32,000 bases of DNA, from assembly GCF_003945235.1 (NCBI RefSeq), contig NZ_RSDW01000001.1, positions 3,180,001-3,212,000 of the forward strand. The letters run 5' to 3'. Position 1 is the first letter of the stretch. Each line of letters opens with the position of its first letter. The translations under genes and the position numbers were made by a program. Positions 26,039 through 32,000 of the stretch are shown one piece after another. The notes beneath the pieces were generated by a model. That model saw nothing but the letters and a program-made list of their open reading frames with translations, had not been told where the DNA came from and did not search any database. This DNA is from Edaphobacter aggregans. Its GTDB lineage: Bacteria > Acidobacteriota > Terriglobia > Terriglobales > Acidobacteriaceae.

Positions 26039-26791
26039 CTAGAGTTTCATAATCAAACCCTGACCAGTAGGCAGGCTCAAAATAAGAACGCCACGCTCCT
26101 GCGCAAAGCGATCGAACCCTTGCTTCTGAGCCGCATGTCTGGCCCACCCGTAATCATCCAGAAGCATGATGGCTCCGCGCACCATTCTCGGCCAGAAGAA
26201 CTCCGCGGCCGCGATCTCTGGATTAACACAGTTCATGTCGATCGAGAGGTACGCAACTTTTTCAGGAGCAGATGCTGCCAGCGTATCCGGCACAGCGCCT
26301 TTCACCAAAACCACGGTGTTGCCAAACTGCGAAAACGTCCGAACCACCTCGTCATAACAGGGCTCAAACCCGCCAGCCGTAATGCCATTCTTCTCTTCCT
26401 CGGGAGTTAGATAACGTTGCACCAACCCTTCGAAGGTATCGAAGAGGTAGAATTTCTTCCCTGAGGATGGCAGATCCACGAACCCCAGGATCGTTCGCGC
26501 CAGTCCACCGCGGTTCACCCCACACTCTACAAAGTCGCCATCGAGTCGTAGCACTGACTCCGCAGCCCAGCAGGCAATGTAGGCTCCCCATTGTGGGTCG
26601 CAACCAGCCCACGAACCCGTACTCATTCCTGCAGCATAGGCGCTTTGAAATCTCGGGTCAGTCATGAAATCGCTGTTATGAATCGTCGCCATCCCATGCC
26701 GGTTATATCGAAATTTCGTACTTTGGGAGAGCCGACGCAGAGTATTCAGAACTGGTGGAGGGAGGATCGCCTTGGACAAGGACCTCAGCAT
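26039..26791 (-). CDS. TylF/MycF family class I SAM-dependent (macrocin-type O-) methyltransferase
   Basis: 250 aa. GDFVECGVNRGGLA...KFYLFDTFEGL...GAVPDTL...VAYLSIDMNCVNP...AIMLLDDYGW matches the TylF family layout. Its codon usage is visibly less C/G3-biased than that of the housekeeping genes. Confidence 0.85.
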   Translation of the reverse strand: MLRSLSKAILPPPVLNTLRRLSQSTKFRYNRHGMATIHNSDFMTDPRFQSAYAAGMSTGSWAGCDPQWGAYIACWAAESVLRLDGDFVECGVNRGGLARTILGFVDLPSSGKKFYLFDTFEGLVQRYLTPEEEKNGITAGGFEPCYDEVVRTFSQFGNTVVLVKGAVPDTLAASAPEKVAYLSIDMNCVNPEIAAAEFFWPRMVRGAIMLLDDYGWARHAAQKQGFDRFAQERGVLILSLPTGQGLIMKL

Positions 26792-26940
26792 AATGAACTT
26801 TACAATGCCAGACCGGATCTATGGAAATTTCACGAAAGATGCCAGCAAAACCTTGTCAAGCTCCGAAACCACCCAACTCGCTAAAAACAAACATCTTTCA
26901 AGCGCCGAGGAATTCCAGTCAACCCGCTATACTTAATACA

Positions 26941-26970
26941 GACACAAAAGCCTCGGCCTGCGCCGGGGCT
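26941..26970 (-). terminator. Orphan intrinsic-terminator-like hairpin (minus-strand sense)
   Basis: 9-bp stem, 26949-26957 with 26962-26970 (one G-U pair), loop ctgc. On the minus strand it is followed by TTTTGTGTC. It lies about 150 nt upstream of the TylF-like start, with no annotated minus-strand gene feeding into it. Confidence 0.45.
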
Positions 26971-27080
26971 TCTTCCATTAACAACGATCCACGGAGAAGC
27001 ACACAGTACGGCCGACAGACCAGTCCAGACTTAAGCCACACAGATGGAATACTTTGCATCAAAAGTACGGGAGGCTGCCG

Positions 27081-27566
27081 ATGCATACGAAACCGGTCTT
27101 CACCCTGCTCGCAGGAACCCTCCTACTCCAAGGCTGTCGTTCCTCAGCACCGACCACCGCTCCAGTGCAAAGCCCAGTCACTGACGCCTGTGCCGTCCTC
27201 ACTCCCTCCGAGATCAGCACCGTCCTTGGCATTCCCATCGACCCCGGTCAGCACATCCCAAAAACAAGCACGATCATGTGCGGTTGGGCCAAAACCGGCG
27301 TCGTCGGCGAGTCAGTAGTCGTACTCAACTTCACCACCCCGGACTATTTCGAAAAAGAAAGAGACCCCCACCCCAGGATCACAATGACACCTGCACCCAG
27401 CATTGGAGACGATGCCTACTTCATTACGTCACAGTTCGGCACATCCCTCTTCATCAAGAAGAAAGACACAGTGATCGGCGTCGCCATACGAGACAAGACC
27501 ATCCCCTCCGCCGAACTGATGGAGAAGGAGAAAGCCCTCGGCCTAAAGGCCGCCTCCCGGCTCTAA
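27081..27566 (+). CDS. Hypothetical lipoprotein (possibly DUF3558-like)
   Basis: The ATG at 27081 is preceded by GGGAGG at 6 nt. The signal peptide has lipobox LLQGC. The mature part begins ...DACAVLTPSEISTVLG, reminiscent of DUF3558 lipoproteins, but that family assignment is tentative. Confidence 0.65.
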   Translation: MHTKPVFTLLAGTLLLQGCRSSAPTTAPVQSPVTDACAVLTPSEISTVLGIPIDPGQHIPKTSTIMCGWAKTGVVGESVVVLNFTTPDYFEKERDPHPRITMTPAPSIGDDAYFITSQFGTSLFIKKKDTVIGVAIRDKTIPSAELMEKEKALGLKAASRL

Positions 27567-27598
27567 AAAACATCCAACCATGTAGGAGCCCAAGCCCA

Positions 27599-28558
27599 AT
27601 GAAGATCCTCCTCGCAGGCGCATCCGGAGCCATCGGCCAAGCCCTCATCCCCCTCCTCATCGAACAGCAACACGAGGTCGTCGGCGCCTTCCGCAACCCA
27701 GCCCACGCCGATCGCGTAAAAAGCCTCGGCGCCACCCCACTGATCCTCGACGCCCTCAACGCTCAGGCCGTCAGTAAAGCCTTCGCCGAAATCAAGCCGC
27801 AAGCCGTCATCAACCAGCTCACCGCCATCCCCCCACGCATCGACCTCCGCCACTTCGACCGCGACTTCGCCCTCACCAACCAACTCCGCACCGAAGGCAC
27901 TCGCAACCTCACCACCGCCGCCGCCAACGCAGGCGTAGAAAAATTCATAGCCCAGAGCTTCGCCGGCTGGCCCTACGCTCCCAAAGGAATCACCCTCAAG
28001 ACCGAAGAAGACGCTCTCGACCCCGCTCCGCCGCCCCAGCTAAAGCCCACCCTCGACGCCCTCGAAACACTCGAGCACACCGTCCTCCGCGAATCCAAAT
28101 TCACCGGCATCATCCTCCGTTACGGCCCACTCTACGGCCCGCACACCTCCATTGCCCTCGGCGGCAACGGAGTCCCCGAAGGCACCACGATCGAAGACAT
28201 CCGCAACCACAAGATCTCCTTAATCGGCCAGGGCACCGGAGTCTGGTCCTTCCTCCACATCCACGACGCCGCGACCGCCACTGTAGCTGCCCTCACCCAA
28301 GCCCAGCGAGGCATTTACAACATCGTCGACGACGACCCCGCCCTCGTCTCCGACTGGCTACCCTACCTGGCCGAGTGCATCGGCGCTAAGCCCCCCATGC
28401 ACGTCCCCAACGCCATCGCCCGCATCGTTGTTGGCGAACACGGCATCGCTCTCATGAACGATATCCGCGGAGTCTCCAACGAAAAAGCCAAACGCGAGCT
28501 CAACTGGACCCCCAAATGGACCAGTTGGAGACAAGGCTTCCGCGAAGCCCTAAGTTAG
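27599..28558 (+). CDS. NAD(P)-dependent epimerase/dehydratase family (extended/atypical SDR) oxidoreductase
   Basis: The ATG at 27599 is preceded by AGGAG at 10 nt. MKILLAGASGAIGQALIPLL is the Rossmann GxxGxxG motif. The 319-aa length and the C-terminal ...KAKRELNWTPKW are typical of the family. The upstream track extension (from 27278) overlaps the lipoprotein gene out of frame. Confidence 0.85.
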   Translation: MKILLAGASGAIGQALIPLLIEQQHEVVGAFRNPAHADRVKSLGATPLILDALNAQAVSKAFAEIKPQAVINQLTAIPPRIDLRHFDRDFALTNQLRTEGTRNLTTAAANAGVEKFIAQSFAGWPYAPKGITLKTEEDALDPAPPPQLKPTLDALETLEHTVLRESKFTGIILRYGPLYGPHTSIALGGNGVPEGTTIEDIRNHKISLIGQGTGVWSFLHIHDAATATVAALTQAQRGIYNIVDDDPALVSDWLPYLAECIGAKPPMHVPNAIARIVVGEHGIALMNDIRGVSNEKAKRELNWTPKWTSWRQGFREALS

Positions 28559-28613
28559 ACGAACCGAAACAAAGCAGTCTTCGACGAGAACAAATTCTTG
28601 TACACTGTGGCCC

Positions 28614-28781
28614 ATGGTAGACATCGACCTCATCGTTCAGATGCTTCGAGATCACGGGCACACCGTTGAAGATGTGCACGTCGTGCCACCAAACGCTGGC
28701 GAATACGCATTTACCGTGGACGGAGTCGCCGTCAACTTAGAGGGCGCACGGCACATACTCGAGTTGGACGAAGCGAAGTGA
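28614..28781 (+). CDS. Hypothetical 55-aa protein (below the ORF-track length cutoff)
   Basis: ATG...TGA translated by hand: MVDIDLIVQMLRDHGHTVEDVHVVPPNAGEYAFTVDGVAVNLEGARHILELDEAK. The composition is balanced and globular-looking. It ends 24 nt upstream of the DUF2569 paralog. There is no obvious SD and I recognise no family. Confidence 0.4.
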   Translation: MVDIDLIVQMLRDHGHTVEDVHVVPPNAGEYAFTVDGVAVNLEGARHILELDEAK

Positions 28782-28805
28782 AGTCGATCTCACTCCTATC
28801 CTCAA

Positions 28806-29222
28806 ATGCAAGAAGCTGAAGACCTCTACGACGTGGACGGCTGGCTGCTGATCTTTGCAGCGCTCCACATCACGTTCGGAGTTCTCACTTTTCTCTTTCT
28901 CGCTCTCAGCGGTACCTACGCACTATTGCCAGACCCGACGAACGTGGCCAAGATCATATCGATCGTTACCGGAGCGATAAATATCGCTGTCGGCGTGCTC
29001 ATCCTGAGAACAAGTCGATGGGCGATCCCTGCCGTCGCAATCGCCCTTGGCTTGCAACTCCTGCTCGTGCTGTCAAACGCATTCTTGAGCACCCGCGACT
29101 CGAAGACCTTCACGATTCAGCTTGTCCTGCAAACCATCGTTAAGCTGGCGATCCTCCACGCGTGGTTCCAGTATTTTCGTACATCAAAGCGGGTTTATTA
29201 CGCGCTTGGGCGCAACCTATAG
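28806..29222 (+). CDS. DUF2569-like integral membrane protein (paralog 2)
   Basis: 138 aa with 4 TM helices, a DGWLLIF motif, and the C-terminal YFRTSKRVYYALGRNL, parallel to the 24454 paralog. Confidence 0.7.
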   Translation: MQEAEDLYDVDGWLLIFAALHITFGVLTFLFLALSGTYALLPDPTNVAKIISIVTGAINIAVGVLILRTSRWAIPAVAIALGLQLLLVLSNAFLSTRDSKTFTIQLVLQTIVKLAILHAWFQYFRTSKRVYYALGRNL

Positions 29223-29237
29223 GGCAGCCGTCACGCG

Positions 29238-29666
29238 CTAGATTCGCTCCAAAGTCCCACGATCCATCGCCCCGCCAAAATACTTCTCCAGCGCCGCCCC
29301 AAACACCCCATTCCCCTCAGAGCCCTCTGCAGCCTTAGCAAACAGAGTCACGCTCGAGTGAAACTTCAAATCATCTGGATATCCAAAGATCTCCTCAACG
29401 GACCGCCCCTCCACGCCGCACACAATCCCCACACACTCTCTCAGCCTAGGCCCCAAAACCGCATGTCCCAGATAAGCCCGAGCCTCCTCCAACCCCGAGA
29501 TCGCATATCTCACCGCCATAGGACTACTCCCCAGCCCCCGAATCTGCGGAAACACGAACCACATCCAATGACTCCGCTTTCTTCCCGCCCGCAACTCCGC
29601 GCAAGCCTGCTCATACACCCCCACCTGCGACTCCACAAACCGCTCTAGTTCAAACCGGTCACTCAT
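29238..29666 (-). CDS. DUF1810 domain protein
   Basis: 142 aa. LERFVESQ...YEQACAELRAGRKRSHWMWFVFPQIRGLGSSPMAVRYAI...EARAYL is the hallmark DUF1810 sequence. Confidence 0.85.
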   Translation of the reverse strand: MSDRFELERFVESQVGVYEQACAELRAGRKRSHWMWFVFPQIRGLGSSPMAVRYAISGLEEARAYLGHAVLGPRLRECVGIVCGVEGRSVEEIFGYPDDLKFHSSVTLFAKAAEGSEGNGVFGAALEKYFGGAMDRGTLERI

Positions 29667-29697
29667 CCTGCACCTCCCACGCCATCAGATGCAGCCC

Positions 29698-29745
29698 TCC
29701 TGAGCGACAGACGAAGGGAGGGGGTGCCTATCTATCACTTCCCCC
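29698..29745 (+). repeat. Degenerate copy of the dispersed repeat family
   Basis: tcctgagcgacagacgaaggga resembles the asnS segment tcctgagcgaagcg...cgaagga. It is followed by gggggtgcc...ccccc (a 5-bp inverted repeat) resembling the gggtgccc unit start of copies A and B. Confidence 0.3.
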
Positions 29746-29770
29746 TAGGGACTTCAGGCTCAAGAGCCAA

Positions 29771-30307
29771 CTACTTCTCACTGCTTGGCGGGACCAATCC
29801 CTTCAACCGCAGATACAACGCCAGCGTCGCATACTGCTCATTGTCATGCGACACGGTTCCCCACATCAGCCCCACACGCGACCGCTTCGCCTGCCCCAGA
29901 TCGAACATCTCTGTCAGATTGGTATCGGTCAGCGCGGCAAAGGCCTTATCGCACTCATCAAACGAAGCCGTCAACGCCTCGACAATAGCAGCCTTGTCCG
30001 CAGTCTCCGCCGGAACCTTCACCTGTGCACTCGGAGCCGTATGATTCGCTGCCCCGCAAGTACGCAGCTGCGCCTCGGTGACATGGTTGACGACCCGCGC
30101 AAACGTCCGCACCTCAGGCGTCGGCTTGAACGAGTAACTCTCCGCTGGCATACGATCCGCCGACTTTAGGATGTTGTCCTTCAACCCCGCATAGCTCCGC
30201 TGCGCCTCAGCTGCCGGCCCGGTAGCCACGCTCGCCACCGGAGCCTGCCCAAACGCCACACCCGAAACCGCCAACGCCACACATGCCACCCGTACAAGTC
30301 GCATCAT
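29771..30307 (-). CDS. DinB family protein (secreted or periplasmic)
   Basis: The ATG-ATG at 30307/30304 is preceded by GAGGTGAGG. The signal peptide is MMRLVRVACVALAVSGVAFGQ. The helical-bundle pattern (HVTEAQ..., WGTVSHDNEQYATLALYLRLKGLVPPS) is typical of the DinB_2 family. Confidence 0.8.
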   Translation of the reverse strand: MMRLVRVACVALAVSGVAFGQAPVASVATGPAAEAQRSYAGLKDNILKSADRMPAESYSFKPTPEVRTFARVVNHVTEAQLRTCGAANHTAPSAQVKVPAETADKAAIVEALTASFDECDKAFAALTDTNLTEMFDLGQAKRSRVGLMWGTVSHDNEQYATLALYLRLKGLVPPSSEK

Positions 30308-30413
30308 CCTCACCTCGAACATCAACACCAGCCTACAGGCATTCGAATATCTTATGGCCAACAAAAAATGTCGAACGAATCTCCAGCAACTCTCCATCGT
30401 CTAACCTCACTAT

Positions 30414-31376
30414 ATGAAGGTCATAGGGTCTGGCTCGCGCACTCGTCTCCTTGCATCTATCCTCATGGTTTGCGTCGTAGTCTTCGCGGCCATCCAGTTG
30501 ATCCACCCAAAACTCGACAACCCACCGGTAACCGCCGAACTCAAGGCCCCTCCCGAGGTCAAGCGGATCCTCAAGACCTCCTGCTACAACTGCCACTCCA
30601 ACGAGACCCACCTCTTCTGGTTCGACCGCGTAGCCCCCGCCTACTGGATCGCAGCCAGCGACGTAAAAGAAGCCAGAAAGCACCTGAACTTTTCTGAGAT
30701 AGAAAAATTACCAGCCGCACAACAAAGCGCCATCCTCTACGAAGCAATCAGCCAGATCCAACTCGGCGGAATGCCTCTCAAGAGCTACACACTCCTTCAC
30801 CCCGAAGCAAACGTCTCGCCCGATGACCTCGCCATCCTAAAGAACTACCTGCATCCCACTGAAACCAGCACTCCCAACCCAGCAGCCGGGACAGCCGCAG
30901 ACGACCAGTACGAAAAGTGGATCCACGCCAGCGCTCCGACAACCAATGTCCAACCGACCTTGAACGGAATCGCCTACATCTCCGGCTATCAGGACTGGAA
31001 GATCATCAGCACCACCGATCGTTTCGACAACCACACCATGCGTGTCATCTTCGGCAACGATGTAGCGATCAAAGCCATCGCCGAAAACAACATCCATCCC
31101 TGGCCCGACGGAACCATCTTCGCCAAAGGAGCCTGGGCCCAGCAGGTCGACGAAAACGGCGACACTAAAACCGGCCAATTCATCCAGGTCGAGTTCATGA
31201 TCAAGGACCACCAGAAGTATGCATCCACCGAAGGATGGGGATTCGCAAGGTGGCGTGGCACTGACCTGAAGCCGTACGGCAAGGACGCCGCCTTCACCTC
31301 CGAGTGCACCGGTTGCCACAAACCCGTCCGCGAAAACGACTACGTCTACTCCTTCCCACTTACAGGACAACAGTGA
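30414..31376 (+). CDS. Membrane-anchored diheme protein: Haem_bd (PF14376-like) domain fused to a cytochrome P460 domain
   Basis: 320 aa with an N-terminal TM anchor. CYNCHSNETHLFWFDRVAPAYWIA...HLNFSE...GGMPLKSY is the heme-binding-domain signature. The C-terminal WKIISTTDR...GNDVAIKAI...EFMIKDHQKYASTEGWGFARW...ECTGCHKPVRENDYVYSFP is the P460 signature with its CXXCH. Confidence 0.8.
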   Translation: MKVIGSGSRTRLLASILMVCVVVFAAIQLIHPKLDNPPVTAELKAPPEVKRILKTSCYNCHSNETHLFWFDRVAPAYWIAASDVKEARKHLNFSEIEKLPAAQQSAILYEAISQIQLGGMPLKSYTLLHPEANVSPDDLAILKNYLHPTETSTPNPAAGTAADDQYEKWIHASAPTTNVQPTLNGIAYISGYQDWKIISTTDRFDNHTMRVIFGNDVAIKAIAENNIHPWPDGTIFAKGAWAQQVDENGDTKTGQFIQVEFMIKDHQKYASTEGWGFARWRGTDLKPYGKDAAFTSECTGCHKPVRENDYVYSFPLTGQQ

Positions 31377-31381
31377 AACCC

Positions 31382-31867
31382 ATGAAAACCACCTTCATCG
31401 TTGTAGGACTTGCAATCCTCCCCTTCGCAGGCTGCACTAGCAAGCCAGCCACTCCATCCGTCAATCAACAGGCTGCTCTCAATGGAACCCTCCCCTACAA
31501 TCCGTTCCAATGGAAGATCATCACTTCGTCGCTCAATCGCCGCGACTCCACCATGTCCACGCTGTACGGCAACGACATCGCCGTGAAGTACGCACGATCC
31601 AACCCTGACCACAACTACCCCACCGGAGCGGTCCTCTCCCTCGTAACCTGGGCGCAGCGCGACGATCCGCATTGGTTCGGAGCGAAGATCCCCGCATCAG
31701 TAAAATCCGTCGAGTTCCTCACCGTCGCCGCCTCTCCAAACCAACCGGCATACACGTACGAGAACTACCAGGGCTCACCTCTTAGAAAGATCAACCTGTC
31801 AGACACCAGCGCCGTCAACGCACGCGTCGATCATCTTCTCTCGCGGAGGGCTGCCGTCATGCCTTAG
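31382..31867 (+). CDS. P460-fold-like lipoprotein lacking any CXXCH heme motif
   Basis: The ATG at 31382 is 5 nt after the upstream stop. The signal peptide has lipobox FAGC. WKIITSSLNRRDSTMSTLYGNDIAVKYA...VLSLVTWAQRDDPHWFGAKIP aligns with the N-terminal half of the neighbouring P460 domain. The only Cys is the lipobox Cys. Confidence 0.65.
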   Translation: MKTTFIVVGLAILPFAGCTSKPATPSVNQQAALNGTLPYNPFQWKIITSSLNRRDSTMSTLYGNDIAVKYARSNPDHNYPTGAVLSLVTWAQRDDPHWFGAKIPASVKSVEFLTVAASPNQPAYTYENYQGSPLRKINLSDTSAVNARVDHLLSRRAAVMP

Positions 31868-32000
31868 CCGGTCTATTTGTGCGCAGAATAAGGAACACGC
31901 TCACCAGAACAATTGCCGCACCCACCAGCGTTCGTCCGGTCAGTTGCTCCTTCGCAACGAAGTACCCCAGCGCAACGGCCACCACCGGATTCACATATGC
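31857..32000 (-). CDS. C-terminal end of an EamA/DMT-family transporter (partial; continues beyond the window)
   Basis: The hand-translated minus frame gives AYVNPVVAVALGYFVAKEQLTGRTLVGAAIVLVSVFLILRTNRPAKA* with the stop at 31857-31859. YVNPVVA...G..l....liGaalIl.Gv is the typical last EamA repeat. It overlaps the convergent 31382..31867 gene by 11 nt. Confidence 0.6.
   Translation of the reverse strand, partial: AYVNPVVAVALGYFVAKEQLTGRTLVGAAIVLVSVFLILRTNRPAKA

Noticed and set aside
25343-26042. 134-aa and 227-aa plus-strand ORFs overlapping the BI-1 gene in other frames
   Set aside because: They are out of frame with a well-supported 7-TM BI-1/YccA coding frame, and they are Pro/Ser/His/Arg-rich low complexity.
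27278-27598. N-terminal 107-aa extension of the SDR ORF (track ORF 27278..28558)
   Set aside because: The extension overlaps the lipoprotein gene in another frame and is Arg-rich. The Rossmann motif MKILLAGASGAIG begins exactly at the ATG at 27599, which has an AGGAG upstream.
1-32000. Search for CRISPR arrays, transposase/integrase/recombinase genes, phage genes, toxin-antitoxin pairs, reverse transcriptases and known defence-system hallmarks
   Set aside because: None was found by reading all six frames and scanning for regularly spaced repeats. The only repeats are the short REP-like hairpin elements and the tandem SGNH paralogs.

Overview
The window looks like a chromosomal segment from a moderately GC-rich soil bacterium. 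I infer Acidobacteriota (Terriglobia-like) from three things: the protein repertoire (NHL-repeat lipoproteins, a giant Ig-like surface protein, a MacB/FtsX permease), low-complexity tails on housekeeping proteins, and hairpin-rich dispersed repeats. Most of the window is ordinary housekeeping DNA. A co-directional minus-strand block at 13513 to 7829 reads ispE, tRNA-Gln(UUG), prs, L25/ctc, pth, rpsF, rpsR, rplI and ends in a perfect bidirectional terminator. Elsewhere there are rlmI-like, ggt, asnS, an M13 peptidase, a heptaheme cytochrome-TPR fusion, tandem SGNH hydrolase paralogs, a DUF72 gene and a sugar-phosphate isomerase-like TIM barrel. From about 24.4 to 31.9 kb the content is more accessory-like: two diverged DUF2569 membrane proteins, a BI-1/YccA gene bracketed by repeats, a TylF-type methyltransferase, a lipoprotein, an SDR epimerase, a 55-aa ORF, DUF1810, DinB, and a Haem_bd-cytochrome P460 protein followed by a heme-motif-less P460-like lipoprotein. 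I found no CRISPR array, transposase, integrase, phage gene or recognisable defence/toxin system, and no compelling novel multi-gene system. The most unusual observations are: (i) a dispersed REP/MITE-like repeat that seems to have been absorbed in frame into the essential asnS gene; (ii) the same repeat family bracketing the BI-1 gene; (iii) the P460 gene pair; (iv) the orphan heptaheme-TPR protein; and (v) several small RNA-structure candidates in intergenic spacers. All functional calls come from reading the translated ORFs and motifs by eye. No database search was run.
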